A stretch of DNA of 64,000 nucleotides from an uncultured Verrucomicrobiae bacterium (GCA_963788655.1 CAWBHS010000039.1:32001-96000); one strand, 5' to 3'; positions 21,448-32,984 are shown, numbered from the stretch's first letter. The notes: generated by a model from the letters alone, not told the origin. Numbers and translations are program-made.

Positions 21448-23014
21448 TCATGATCCACGACGTCCCAAGCGCGCTCCGATTTGGGCCAGGATCTCCTTGG
21501 GATAAGGGATTTTCAACCAGAGCGTCAAACCGAAGTAAAGCAGGCTGGCGCCAAGCAACGGAACAAACGTTTCGCCCAGTTTCAAGAGCAGACTCGCATG
21601 ACCCAGCGTCCGGTTCCAGTCCGCGCCAGACCAGCCAGGCCGTCAAGCCCGCCGCCAGCGCCGCCCCCAGCATGGAAAGTAATTCGCCGAGTAACGAGGC
21701 CATGCCGAGCCGGGCCAATTTGCGGCGAAGCGCGTAGAGGAGCAGGCCCACATTGATGGTTGCGCTCAGCGTGTTGGCAATCCCCATGCCGCCTTGTTTG
21801 AATCGCCACACCAGGGCGAACACCAAGACCACATTGAAGCCCAGGCAAAAGATGCTCACCCGCATGGGGGTCTTGGTGTCGCCGAGCGCATAAAAAGCCC
21901 GCGCCACCACATTGACCACGGAATAGGCCACTAAACTGGGCGCCAGGCACACCAACGCGTACGCCGCTTGCGAGGTCGAGTAAGCGTCGAACCGTCCACG
22001 CTCGAACAGCAGGCGAATGATCGGCTCGGCCAGCACCAGCAACAGCGCTGAAGCCAGCAGATTGACGAACAGCAAATGGCCGATGCCTTGCCGTAACAGC
22101 AAACGGAACTCGGGATATTTCTTTTCCGCCGCCAGGCCGGCCAACGCAGGTAACATGAAAGTGGCCAGTGAAATGCCGAACACGCCCTGGGGCAGTTCCA
22201 TCAGCCGCACAGCGTAGTTGAACGACGAGACAATGCCTTTGTCCACCCAGTAAGCCATGCCCTGCGTCAGCAGCACGTTCAGTTGAAACGCGGCCACGCC
22301 GATCATGCCGGGAACCATTTTGCGCACCACCAACCGCACCGTGGCATTCCCCCAGGGTGTGATCCAACGGAAGCGAAATCCTTCCCGCCGCAACACCGGC
22401 AGTTGGAACCCAGCCTGGAACACGCCCGCCAGGAGGACCCCAATCCCCAGGCCGAAAATGCGCTCGTCCAGGCGCGTGCCCATGTGGGGCGCAATGAAAT
22501 ACACTGCGGCAATCATCACCACGTTCAGCATGGTGGCGCCCATGGCGGGAATGAAAAAAAAGCCGCGCGCGTTCAGCATCGCCATAAATACTGCGGCCAG
22601 CGTGACCATGAGCAAATACGGGAACGTCAGGCGCAGCAGACGCAACATCAGCAACGTCGTGCCCGGAAATTCCCCGAAGTGAAGCGCCAGCGAAACACCG
22701 GCAACGCCCAGCACCACAATGGCCAGCGTCGCCAGAACCAATCCCGAAATCACGGCGTTGGCCGCGCGCCACATTTCGGCTTCGCCCTCGAGCTTCTCCT
22801 TCTCCTTGAACACGGGAATAAAGGCGGCGGTGAGTGCGCCTTCGCCGAGCAACCGGCGAAAGAGATTGGGCACCATGAACGCCAGCACAAAGGCATCGGT
22901 CACCCAGCCAATCCCCATGAAACTGGCGTACACCATCTCGCGCACCATGCCGAGCAGCCGGCTGGTGAGCGTGGCGGCCGCCATGGCTCCCGAGGATTTG
23001 AGCATTTGGGACAT
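21448..23014 (-). CDS. murJ: Lipid II flippase MurJ/MviN (frameshift near C-terminus)
   Basis: SRLLGMVRE, DAFVLAFMVPNLFRRLLGEGALTAAFIPV, YAVRLMELPQG, LFERGRF, RAFYALGDTKTP. The corrected frame ends ...RLGRRGS* at 21448. Confidence 0.93.
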
Positions 23015-23077
23015 GTCGGCGGAATAGTTCCGGGTTCACCCGGCTGAGGGCAAGGGGAAAGCATGCGGACCGTGTAG

Positions 23078-23384
23078 TAACGTGCTGCCGGCGTCTCGCC
23101 GGCAGAACCGGACGCGCCGGCACTGCTCAAACCATCGTCACCGTCCGAAGGGGGAATTGTGCGTGCGACGCCTCTTACCAATTCGTGGAGCCTTCCTCCA
23201 TTCGCTCTGCCGGCAGGATGCCGGCAGCACGTTGGGCCGCGTGCTGCTGGCGTCTCGCCGGCAGAAACGGACGCGCCGGCACTGTCAAACCACCGCCACC
23301 GTCCAATGGGGAATTGTGCGTGCGCCGCCTCATGCCATTCGAGCCTCTCCATTCGTTCTGCCGGCAAGATGCCGGCAGCACGTT
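23078..23384. repeat. Tandem doublet of a ~160-bp REP/BIME-like unit
   Basis: Two copies of CGTGCTGCCGGCGTCTCGCCGGCAG...CTGCCGGCAGGATGCCGGCAGCACG with similar spacers. Confidence 0.8.
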
Positions 23385-23393
23385 GGCGCCGCG

Positions 23394-24176
23394 TTAGAAT
23401 TCGATCACGTCTTGGTCACGCGGGAAGATTATCTCCACTCCCGGAAGCAGCTTGGCCGCCAGTTGTTGCGTTTCAGCGAAGTTCTCCCAGTAACGCCGCT
23501 CGAGGTGCGTGAACACCAGATGCTTGATGTCCCGCCCCTGGAGAAATTCAAATAACCGTTCGGCGCGGAAGTGCGACAATTCACAGACCAAGACATCCAG
23601 GGGATTGGCCAAAAGCGGTCCTAAATCGTCCACCGCGCCCAGATCACCGCTATGTCCGAGCCGACGGCCATCCGCTTCAATTAAAAAACAAAACGCGTCG
23701 TAGTTGCCGGGATATTTGCCTTGGAAATTCTTGCGGAAGCCTTCCAGGTGGGTGGTCCGATACGGCGTGAGCTTCCAGGAATCGCCGTTCACCGCTTGGC
23801 CGGACTGGAGCGATTCAAAGCTCAATTCAAACGACAACAACTCCTCGAACAGATAGGCCGTGGTCACCATTTGACGCAAAGGTGCAACGGCGTCGGCCGG
23901 CACGTGTACCACCAGATCCTTGCGCCGTTTTTCGAGCCAGAAACTCTGCAACAACATAAACAGTCCCCCGAAGTGGTCGCTGTGAGTATGAGTCAGGAAA
24001 ATGCGGTCAACGGTGTCATGGCTCAATCCCGACGCTTTGAAGCTGCGGCTCACCGGCTCACCGCAATCGACCAGGAGATGGGCGTCGCCAAGCTGGTACA
24101 TATAGGCGGAGTGATTGCGGTCGCCACCGGCAGAGCCATCTCCGATCCCAAAACATTTCAGATTGTGTTTGTTCAT
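23394..24176 (-). CDS. MBL-fold metallo-hydrolase (RNase Z/BN-like)
   Basis: LLVDCGE, FLTHTHSDH, GHSGD, CELSH, FTHL motifs. Confidence 0.88.
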   Translation of the reverse strand: MNKHNLKCFGIGDGSAGGDRNHSAYMYQLGDAHLLVDCGEPVSRSFKASGLSHDTVDRIFLTHTHSDHFGGLFMLLQSFWLEKRRKDLVVHVPADAVAPLRQMVTTAYLFEELLSFELSFESLQSGQAVNGDSWKLTPYRTTHLEGFRKNFQGKYPGNYDAFCFLIEADGRRLGHSGDLGAVDDLGPLLANPLDVLVCELSHFRAERLFEFLQGRDIKHLVFTHLERRYWENFAETQQLAAKLLPGVEIIFPRDQDVIEF

Positions 24177-24309
24177 GCGGGCAGCCGGTTTGCGAACAAC
24201 CGACGGCGACGATAATGCATAAACTTGACCTCGGCGCAATCGTGGACTTTGCAGAGCTTAGCAGAACGGTCTGCATGCTGCGAAAAAACACTTCGTGCTT
24301 GGCCTTTGG

Positions 24310-26685
24310 TTACGGGCCAGCGTCAAACTGCACCCAACGCAATTTCCCAAACGAAAACTTCACGGGCGCGGTGTCGGAATTGCAACCAACTTTGACCACG
24401 CGAATTTGCTCGGGATCCAAGTGGTGATTGGGATCGGGTTTGGACCAATCGCTGCCATGCGTCGCGCCTTCGAAAAACGCCAGCGCCTCGGTCGTTTCAC
24501 CCACGGAGGGCGGCGTCATGAAATCGGCGACGTAGGCGCTGCCGTTGGCTTCTTCGAAGATCACCCGGAATTGTCCGCGCCCTTCAGTCAACCGGAAGTT
24601 CAATCGTATTGCTTCGGCATTCGGCGGCGGGACTTCGTCGGGATTGAGTTTCATGGTGGGATAAATCCAACGGTCCTGGCCCCCACATTGAGCGTCCACG
24701 GTCAGGAGGCCATCCGCCGAAGTCACCTGCGCCGTGCCGTTGCCGGAAACAGCGGGTTGCCAGCGGGCAGCCACCATGGCCTGCGGCAACGGAATAACCG
24801 CGCCGCCACCCGGATTCATTAATCGCAGCGATAGCACCGGATGCCCGGCGGGGCCGAAATCGCCGGTAATTCGAACCGTTTGCACCAATTTGCCCGCCGC
24901 GTTCGAAGCATCCACCTGCAAGGCCACTTCCTTGCGTTCGTCCGGTGCCAGTTGCACGGTGTTCGGCAGCGTCACTTGCCAGCCTTGGGGCGAAGTGACG
25001 TTCAAATGTCCATCGACTTGGGTCGGTCCAAAATTGTAAATCCAGACGGGAATGGTTTCCGGCGCAGGTCCGGCCAGTTGATACGCCGATTTGTTCAATA
25101 CTACCCGTTCTTCCGGCCACAGGGATTGCAGGACTATGGACGACGGTTTGCCGGACAACTTCTGCGGCGGAGCCGGCCGGGTAAGCTGGCCCAACTGCTT
25201 CGCGGTACCTTCCGGCAACAACGCGAAGACCGGCGCACTGCTCAAGGACAGGCGGTCGCGCTTGGCGATTTCGCGGCCCAAGTGATTGAACACTGCCTCC
25301 GGCGTAACCGGGAGTGCCAATTCGGAACGCTGCTGATCGTCCCAAGCAACCAACAGTTCACGGGGGCGACCATCCGCTTGGACGTGGAAGAGATACACTT
25401 GCCCGCTGGCAGCCTCCTGGAGACGCCCGAGCGGTTTGGCGTCCGCCATCAACCGTCCGACGGCGGCCAACGCCACGAAACCAGGACGTGGCGTGAGATC
25501 GGGACGCAGCAAACCAAATTGCGTTTGCCCTTCCGAGTAATGCGGCAGTAGAAAGTAGAAGGTCGCTTGCGAGCCTTCGTGGATGGACAAGGCGAACGTC
25601 TTGGCCACGCGCTCGGCCTGCACGTGCAGGTCCGCATCGGAAGGTTCCTTGAGCTGATCGTCGCCGGACCACTTCACCGGGCGAGCGCACTCGGTGACCC
25701 ACAACGGTTTGCCGGCCGACACGGCGCGAAAGGCCGCGTAGAGGTCCGGATATTGTTCGAACGGCGCATAGTGGTGGAGGTCGAACGTATCGAAATAGGG
25801 CCAAGCCGCGTTGTCGCGCAAATCCTCCAACTGCGCCTGCCGATGAGCGGCAAAGACGTTCAAGCACGCGATGACATTCGGATTGCCGGCTTTCAAGCCC
25901 AGGTAGGCGGCTTTTTGCAGGGCCGCCATTTCACTGCCCGGGTGCCCGCCGAACACGGTGATATCCGCTTCGTTCCACGGTTCGAAGGCCAATACCTGAC
26001 CCTGCCAGCGTTTCGCCATGGCGCGGTAGAACCGATAGGCATCGCGCAAATCGAGCGGGAAACGTTTGTGATTGGGATTCGCCCAAGCAGGCGAGGAATG
26101 GTTCACCTGCAACACCTGCAATCCGGCCGCCGACTGCGCCCGCGCCGAGGCGTCATAGCGATTGGGCCCGGCGAATTGTCCCCGCCGCGGTTCCATCTGC
26201 CCCCAGGCCAGCCGGTCACGGACCCAGTTCACTCCCGCCAGGGCACACAGGTTGGCCGCGGCGTCCATTTTATCCGGCGGGTAAAACCACGCCATGGCCA
26301 CATCCAAAGCCACCGGTGACGTAAGCGGCGTGGGCACTCGCAACGGCGCCAGCACGCCGATGGAAATCCAATTGGCCGCAGGATGGTCGTTCTGCTTCAG
26401 GCGATAAAACCCCACCGGCAGCACGCCAAGATTCACCTGGCCATCGGCTGGCGGTGTCAACGCTTGCAGAACCTTGTCGTCGTAATCGTAAAGCTGCCAG
26501 GACGACGCGGTGCCCGGAGGCTGGGCAATCACCACGGATTCGCCCGCGGCAAAGATGTTTCCCGGATGTCCCGGCAAGGGATGCGGAATGGCGCGTGGTG
26601 TTGTGACCAGCTCACCCGCCCCGGCGACATAACCAGCGAGCGCAAAGCACAACAGTGCAGCCCAAGGGGCAAACGGAGTTTTCAT
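24310..26685 (-). CDS. Secreted clan GH-A glycoside hydrolase-like protein (GH39/GH5-like)
   Basis: Signal peptide; GVNWVRDRLAW, FEPWNEAD (acid/base), DLHHY, PLWVTE (nucleophile). Confidence 0.75.
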   Translation of the reverse strand: MKTPFAPWAALLCFALAGYVAGAGELVTTPRAIPHPLPGHPGNIFAAGESVVIAQPPGTASSWQLYDYDDKVLQALTPPADGQVNLGVLPVGFYRLKQNDHPAANWISIGVLAPLRVPTPLTSPVALDVAMAWFYPPDKMDAAANLCALAGVNWVRDRLAWGQMEPRRGQFAGPNRYDASARAQSAAGLQVLQVNHSSPAWANPNHKRFPLDLRDAYRFYRAMAKRWQGQVLAFEPWNEADITVFGGHPGSEMAALQKAAYLGLKAGNPNVIACLNVFAAHRQAQLEDLRDNAAWPYFDTFDLHHYAPFEQYPDLYAAFRAVSAGKPLWVTECARPVKWSGDDQLKEPSDADLHVQAERVAKTFALSIHEGSQATFYFLLPHYSEGQTQFGLLRPDLTPRPGFVALAAVGRLMADAKPLGRLQEAASGQVYLFHVQADGRPRELLVAWDDQQRSELALPVTPEAVFNHLGREIAKRDRLSLSSAPVFALLPEGTAKQLGQLTRPAPPQKLSGKPSSIVLQSLWPEERVVLNKSAYQLAGPAPETIPVWIYNFGPTQVDGHLNVTSPQGWQVTLPNTVQLAPDERKEVALQVDASNAAGKLVQTVRITGDFGPAGHPVLSLRLMNPGGGAVIPLPQAMVAARWQPAVSGNGTAQVTSADGLLTVDAQCGGQDRWIYPTMKLNPDEVPPPNAEAIRLNFRLTEGRGQFRVIFEEANGSAYVADFMTPPSVGETTEALAFFEGATHGSDWSKPDPNHHLDPEQIRVVKVGCNSDTAPVKFSFGKLRWVQFDAGP

Positions 26686-27209
26686 GATTCCAACTCGGCA
26701 AAAGAAATATCGACCATCAAATCGCCCGCAATCTTTTCCAATTCCTGACGGAGATCACCAGCGTTGCAATGGGGCGGGATCTGCAGGCGCGCCCGGGCTT
26801 TGAACAGCGTTTCTCCGGACATGGGAGCGCTGCTGCACTCGCTGCTGAATTCCTCGACGTTCACACCCTGACGAGCAAGCGCGGCGGAGATCTGGCGCAC
26901 AATCCCCGGCCGATCCTGGCCAATGATCTCAATCGAGCCAAGGCGCGGTGGAACTGGCGGAGACGCTTCCACATCCGGTTGGGTCACCACCCGCAAGCCC
27001 TGGGAATTGAGCGTTTGTAAGGCTTGCTCCAAGGCTTCCTTCCGGTCGTTCGGAACCGTGACGCGGAGGATGCCGGCAAACTCGCCGCCCAGCCGGCACA
27101 TGCGGCTGTCCAGCCAGTTGCCGCCATGGTCGGCCACAAGGCGCGCCACCGATTCCACAAGCCCCGGACGATCTTTGCCAATCACGGTCATTACGAGTGG
27201 GATGTGCAT
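26682..27209 (-). CDS. GcvR-like double ACT-domain protein
   Basis: VMTVIGKDRPGLVE...GGNWLDSRMCRLGGEFAG and IIGQDRPGIV...GVNVEE. Confidence 0.88.
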   Translation of the reverse strand: MHIPLVMTVIGKDRPGLVESVARLVADHGGNWLDSRMCRLGGEFAGILRVTVPNDRKEALEQALQTLNSQGLRVVTQPDVEASPPVPPRLGSIEIIGQDRPGIVRQISAALARQGVNVEEFSSECSSAPMSGETLFKARARLQIPPHCNAGDLRQELEKIAGDLMVDISFAELES

Positions 27210-27424
27210 GGCCCCTGTTAGCCTCAATCCCAACGCGAAGCAAGCTCCAAGCACCGAGGGGTTCGCTCCAAGATGGGGCGAAGCGAAGGCCCCTGGTAAG
27301 ACGAGACTCCGTCGAGCTCGACGGAGTCTCGCCCTGCCCGGACGGGTGGCGCGGTGACCAAATCACGGGATGTACGTCTCGGTTTGCGAGACGAGATTAC
27401 CTGCGACGTTTCCGAGATAGGCGC

Positions 27425-27704
27425 TTACTCCCCAGACCGTGGGATAGAATACAGTTTGCCGAGAGCCGTTTTGCCCTGGGGCTAGGCGCGTGCGAGGGAG
27501 TGTATCCGCAGCGATACTCGACCGAGCGTGCAACGATGCCCCAGGGCAAAACAGCCTCGGCCCGGAGGGTTGCGGCGCTTTTGGCTTGGGGCCTTGTTGC
27601 TCGTCGGGTCATAGAGCGCTGCGGCTATACTCCCCTTCTCGCGCCTAGCCCCAAGCCAAAATCGCCGCAACAAACTATGTTCTATCCCACGGTCTGGGGA
27701 GTAA
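27425..27704. mobile_element. 280-bp MITE-like element with 25-bp perfect terminal inverted repeats
   Basis: TTACTCCCCAGACCGTGGGATAGAA at the left end and its reverse complement at the right end; the interior is two inverted, self-complementary ~95-bp units. Confidence 0.75.
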
Positions 27705-27947
27705 ATCCAAATGCGCATACGTGACAGGCATGCGACCTGCTTAACATCACTTGGCTGTTCGGTTTTGGGATAGGCGTAGAGGGCATCGTCCGCGATGGGG
27801 TTCGAACAGTCTTTGTCGATAGCGCCCCATTGCACCTCCTTCCGTCGCGGGTGACGGCGGCTATGTCCTCATCACCCTCTTCTTCTTCTGTTTCCGGTTG
27901 CAGCCTCCCCAGAGGCTGCAATCGCTATTCGCCCTGGGGCGAGACCG

Positions 27948-28229
27948 TCACTTTTTGCCGCGTCGAACTTGCTCCTTCTGTGCTTCCAGCTTTGACTGGA
28001 GCGTCTTGCGTTCCTGGGACAATTGTTGTTCCAGCCGGGCGTATTCTTCCGCATTCCCCGCCTCGGCGGCTTTGGTCATTTGGTCTTTCAGGCTGATTTC
28101 CAGTTCGGCGATTTTAGCCGCATACTTGGAGTCCAATTCGGCCAGTTCCTCCTTCTGTTCGGGGGTGAGTTTGGTGAGCGGATTGGTTTTGTTCAACCGC
28201 TCCATCGCGAGTTCGTAGGCGCTTTTCAT
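27948..28229 (-). CDS. Small coiled-coil hypothetical protein
   Basis: MKSAYELAMERLNK...LTPEQKEELAELDSKYAAKIAELEI, 93 aa. Confidence 0.8.
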   Translation of the reverse strand: MKSAYELAMERLNKTNPLTKLTPEQKEELAELDSKYAAKIAELEISLKDQMTKAAEAGNAEEYARLEQQLSQERKTLQSKLEAQKEQVRRGKK

Positions 28230-28280
28230 GGCAAGTTCTTCTCGGCAAAAAAGGAATTCACGGTTCAAAAGGGAAGCATA

Positions 28281-28757
28281 TCATTCGTTTCCCGACGACG
28301 ATTTGCCGCCGCTTCCAATCGGGCGTTTATTTTTCCAGGGCATATCGGGGAACTTCGTCGGGAGCTTGACCGCCGCCGGTTTGGGCGCGGACATCGGCAG
28401 GTTGCGGGTAGGGGGATCGTCGCTCGGAGATTGCGTCATGCCTTGCTTCCAGGACGCCATCCGCGCCTTCAGTCCGTGGCGTTCGGCAGCTTCCTTGTCG
28501 CCCGCCTTCATGTAGAACAGCGAGAGGTTGGTGTGAACCAATTGCTCATCCGGGCGCAAGGTTTCGGCTCGATGGCCTTCGGCAATGGCAGTGGCCAAGT
28601 CACCTCGGCGGCAATGGGCCATCCCCAATGCCAGGCGCGCTTCAAAATAGTCCGGCGTGGCCGCCAGCAACTGGTTCAGCCGCTCGATGCATATTTCGTA
28701 ATCGCCCTGACTAAAGGCGCCCATTGCTTGGTCGAATTGTTCCTGGTCAGTCGGCAT
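28281..28757 (-). CDS. TPR-repeat protein
   Basis: FDQAMGAFSQGDY...PDYFEARLALGMAH...LVHTNLSLFY. Confidence 0.8.
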   Translation of the reverse strand: MPTDQEQFDQAMGAFSQGDYEICIERLNQLLAATPDYFEARLALGMAHCRRGDLATAIAEGHRAETLRPDEQLVHTNLSLFYMKAGDKEAAERHGLKARMASWKQGMTQSPSDDPPTRNLPMSAPKPAAVKLPTKFPDMPWKNKRPIGSGGKSSSGNE

Positions 28758-28955
28758 AATGCTTTTGACAATCCCCGATATGACATGATTGTTTGACCCG
28801 CGCAAGTCCGGCGTGGATTCCGTGGAGGCCTGTTAGTACGCGCTTCAGCACCAAAACGCGTTGTGCTGGGGTCGCTTTCAGCACGGTCTGGACGCGATGC
28901 CGCCTGAAGGCGGGACTCCAAACCCGGCTGCCCGGAATTTTGTCAGCGCACCAAC

Positions 28956-29738
28956 ATGACTTTGCCCATTAAACTGATTTCAACTGATTTCGATGGCACG
29001 TTGCACGCGGAATTCGAAAACCCGCCCGTGCCGCACGATCTCCAGCAATTGCTGGACGAATTGCAACACGAGGGCGCGGTGTGGGTGATCAACACCGGCC
29101 GCGACGTCTCTAGCGTGCTCGAAGGCGTCGCGCGTGCCCGACTGAGCATCCGGCCCGATTATCTGGTGACCGTGGAACGCGAAATCTACGTCCGCGAGGG
29201 GGCTTCATTCGTGCCGGTGCAGCCTTGGAACCGGACGTGCGGCGAGGCGCATCGTGACTTGTTTGCGCGGATTGATCCCGACGTGCCCGAGCTGTTTGCC
29301 TGGGTGAGCGGCAAGTTCACCGCCACCGTTTATCGCGATCCGTGGTCCCCGTTTTGCGTCGTGGCCGAGAGCAATTCGGATATGGATGCCATTCAGGAAT
29401 ATCTTCGGCAGTATTGCGCACGGATCGCCGGGCTGAACGTCATGCGCAATGACGTGTATGCCCGTTTCTGCCATGCCTCTTTCAACAAAGGCACAGCCCT
29501 GACGGAAATCGCGCGACTGGCGGGGATCCTGCCGGCGCACACGTTGGCGGCGGGGGACCATTTGAATGATCTCTCGATGCTGGTCACCGCGGTGGCCGGT
29601 TGCCTGGTGGCGCCGGACAATGCCGTGCCGGAAGTCAAGGAAGCCGTGCGGCGCCAACAGGGATACGTGAGCCACCAACCCTGGGGTCACGGCGTCGCCC
29701 GCGGCCTGGAACATTATCTGGGGCGCGGCGGAATTTAG
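28956..29738 (+). CDS. HAD-superfamily hydrolase, subfamily IIB
   Basis: LISTDFDGT, VINTGR, NKGTAL, AGDHLNDLSML. Confidence 0.9.
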   Translation: MTLPIKLISTDFDGTLHAEFENPPVPHDLQQLLDELQHEGAVWVINTGRDVSSVLEGVARARLSIRPDYLVTVEREIYVREGASFVPVQPWNRTCGEAHRDLFARIDPDVPELFAWVSGKFTATVYRDPWSPFCVVAESNSDMDAIQEYLRQYCARIAGLNVMRNDVYARFCHASFNKGTALTEIARLAGILPAHTLAAGDHLNDLSMLVTAVAGCLVAPDNAVPEVKEAVRRQQGYVSHQPWGHGVARGLEHYLGRGGI

Positions 29739-30007
29739 CCCGGTAATTTCCGAGTTCTGATCAAATGACTGACAGGCGATTGCCGCTGACATGAGGAGGC
29801 GGAACATGGTTACCTGCGTCGAGTCCGCCTCGTTACGTCGGCAGCTACGGCGGGTGAGAAAACTTCAGTTTAAGCCACTCTTTAATCGGGATTTGACACT
29901 GGCGCTGGCAATGATAGGCTGGAAATGCAGTTTGGGTTAAGCAGAATTGTATTTATGCTTATCAAACGAACGATTGATTTTGACCGTGATTTTTGCAGCA
30001 TGACTCC

Positions 30008-31859
30008 ATGAGCGACGCCGCCGACACCACCGACAGGTCCTGAGCCCAGTATCGAAACTCCGCCCGCCCTTCCTTCAAGCATCACCCAAGTCAATGAAGC
30101 GGTAATCCGTATCGCCGGCAACTCGCAGGACGGCATTCAGGCCATCGGCGGATTCCTCGCTCGCCTGGCAGGCCGCAGCGAGCAGGAGGTCATGACGTTC
30201 ATGACGATTCCCTCGACGATTTCCGGCGGGCCTTCGATCTTCCAAGTGCGCATCGGCTCCGGGGAAGTCCTCAGCGCCGGCGACGAAGCCGACGTCCTGC
30301 TGGCGTTCTATCAGCACTCCTACGAAAACCACCTCAGTTCCCTGAAAGACGGCGGCATTGTGCTCTACGACTCCGACCACGTGGAACCAAACTCGGACCG
30401 GGAAAAAGAATATCGCCACGTGGGGGTGCCCATTTCCAGCCTGACCGTCGAAGCCATCGGCGGCACGGCCCGCGACAAGGGAAAGAACATTTATGCGCTC
30501 GGACTGGTCGCCCGCATGTTTGATCTGGACGTGCCCAAGCTCGAGAAACTGCTCTCCGAAAGGTTCGGCGGCAAGGATCCCAGCGTGCTGAACAACGCGC
30601 TGACAGCCTTCCATGCCGGTTACAGCTATTCGCTGGGGCATTTGTTTGAAACGTTTCAGTTTGCCGAAAGTCAAAAGCGCGCCGGCCAACCAGGTGGTGA
30701 TGAACGGCAACGAAGCGCTTGGCCTACGGCTTGATTGCTGCCGGAGTCCGCTTCGGTGCCGGTTATCCGATCACGCCTTGGTCGGACATCATGGAATTGC
30801 TCCGCCGCGAGCTTCCCGAAATACGGCGGCAGCTTTATCCAGTGCGAGGATGAGATTGCCTCGATCGCCATGGCTTTGGGCGCCAGTTATGCCGGCCGGG
30901 TGGCCGTAACCGGTTCCAGCGGGCCGGGGCTGTCCTTGAAAACCGAGGCGCTCGGCTGGGCCGTCATGGCGGAAATGCCGCTGGTGGTCGTGGACGTTCA
31001 GCGCGGCGGGCCTTCAACGGGCATGCCGACCAACGTCGAGCAGTCCGACTTGAACATCGCCTGTTTTGGCGGCCATGGCGACAGCCCGCGGGTGGTGATC
31101 GCGCCGGCCAACGTGGAAGATTGTTTCTACATTGCGATTGAAGCCGTCAAAATTGCGCGCCAATACAGCGTGCCGGTCTTCATGTTGACCGACCAGGCGA
31201 TTGCTACGCGCATCGAGGCGTTCGAAGAACCGGACCTGGAAAAGCTCTGCCAGGATATCACGCCGGATTTCACGCCGCTGCCCGAGCATAAGCCTTACGA
31301 TCTCGCCGCCCCCGACGGCGTGACCCGGCATCGCGCTCCCGGCACCCGCATGCTCAGCGGCCAATATCCCGTGGTGACGGGGCTTGAGCACGATGAATTT
31401 GGGCATCCCACCGGCTCGCCCCGAATGCACGCGCAGATGAGCGCCAAACGCCGCAAGAAACTGCGAGCGCTCGCGGCAGCACTGCCGGTTCCCGAGGTGT
31501 ATGGTCCGGCCGAAGGCAAGTTGCTGCTGGTCGGCTGGGGCTCGACTCAGGGACCGATCCGCGAAGCCGTGGACCGGGCTCGCGCCGCCGGCGACAGCGT
31601 GTCCGCGCTGCACCTCAAACACCTCCATCCCCTGCCGGACGGACTGGACCAGATCTTTGCCGGGTTCGATCAAATCTTCGTCGTCGAGATGAACGACGAG
31701 GGCGTGTACGGCTATGGCCAACTGGCTGGCATTTTGCGCGCCCGTTATTGCCACCCGAAAATCCAGGGAATCAACAAAACCGACGGGTTGACGTTCAAGG
31801 TGCGCGAGATCATTCAGCGCGCCCAGGAAACCGTCGAATCCGGCATGCAAACCTTTTAA
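30008..31859 (+). CDS. korA: 2-oxoacid:ferredoxin oxidoreductase alpha subunit (frameshifted)
   Basis: IRIAGNSQDGIQ, MNGNEA, GYPITP, QCEDEIASI, GSSGPGLSLK, VQRGGPSTGMPT, LVGWGST. Start at 30008 is inferred. Confidence 0.9.
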
Positions 31860-31905
31860 CCCTTTGAAGTTCCAGCCGTTCACCCTTTGCATTTAATTAT
31901 TTAGT

Positions 31906-32850
31906 ATGAGCGCCACTGTCGAAGAACCTCCGGTCCAAAGCCCCCAGCAAGTCTCCCCCTCCAGTCCGCCCCCGGAAACCCGCAAGCCGATCAGCAAAAA
32001 AGAACTGGCGGGCGATCATCCCACTTGGTGTCCCGGCTGCGGTGATTTCTCCGTTTTGGCCCTCTATTTCAAGCTCCTTGAAAAACGCCGCGTCGCCCAT
32101 GAGAATGTCGTAAGCATTGCCGGCATCGGTTGTTCCAGCCGGTTTCCGTACTTTGTCAACGCCTACGGGGTTCACTTCATTCACGGCCGGGCCTTACCAT
32201 TTGCCAGCGGCATTTCGCTGAGCCGACCAGATTTGCACGTGTTCGCCTTTGGCGGCGATGGTGATGCTTTTTCCATCGGCGGCAACCACTTCACCCACAC
32301 CGCGCGCAAGAACGTCAAAATGACGTACGTGGTGATGGACAACTGGGTGTATGGCCTGACGAAGAAACAGACCTCTCCGACCTCGCCGTTGGGCTTTAAA
32401 AGCAAGACCGACGCGTGGGGCGCGATTGACCGGCCGATCAATCCCATGAAACAGGCCATCAGCGCCGGGGCCACCTTCGTGGCGCGCACCACCCACTCGA
32501 ATCCCAATCACGTCCTCCAAATGATGGACGCCGCCATGAACCACGACGGCTTCAGTTTTATCGAATGCCTCAGCGAGTGCGTGGAATTTTATGAAGGCGC
32601 ATTTGACGCCTCGAATCCCCGCAAGGGTGGCGTGTTCAATCTGGTTCCTCCCGATCACGATGTGACCGACGAAATCGCCGCCTACCGGCTCGCCGACACG
32701 GCCTTCCCGGGCTACTTCGGCATCTTCTTCCAGCAGAACCGCCCCACCAAAAACCAGCTTGAAGGGCAAATTTCCGAGAAAGCCAAAACAACGGTGAACG
32801 GCCTCAAGGATTGGGAAATCTTGAAGCAGACGTTCGACAAAATGAAGTAG
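31906..32850 (+). CDS. korB: 2-oxoacid:ferredoxin oxidoreductase beta subunit
   Basis: WCPGCGDF, GIGCSSR, HGRALP, TPP motif GGDGD...MDNWVYGLTKKQTSPT. Confidence 0.93.
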   Translation: MSATVEEPPVQSPQQVSPSSPPPETRKPISKKELAGDHPTWCPGCGDFSVLALYFKLLEKRRVAHENVVSIAGIGCSSRFPYFVNAYGVHFIHGRALPFASGISLSRPDLHVFAFGGDGDAFSIGGNHFTHTARKNVKMTYVVMDNWVYGLTKKQTSPTSPLGFKSKTDAWGAIDRPINPMKQAISAGATFVARTTHSNPNHVLQMMDAAMNHDGFSFIECLSECVEFYEGAFDASNPRKGGVFNLVPPDHDVTDEIAAYRLADTAFPGYFGIFFQQNRPTKNQLEGQISEKAKTTVNGLKDWEILKQTFDKMK

Positions 32851-32984
32851 CCGCCGGCCAGACGCTGAGCGAAGGTAACTCGTTCGAAAAGACTTCGCAG
32901 ATGGGTCTTGGGTGTCTTTTGGGTTCACCGGTTCCGCGCAAAAGATAAGCTGCTTTGGCGGGCTGGCACCCGCATAATGCGCCG

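Noticed and set aside
23078..23384. CRISPR array
   Set aside because: Repeats alternate in orientation, the spacers resemble each other, and there are no cas genes. This is a REP/BIME doublet.
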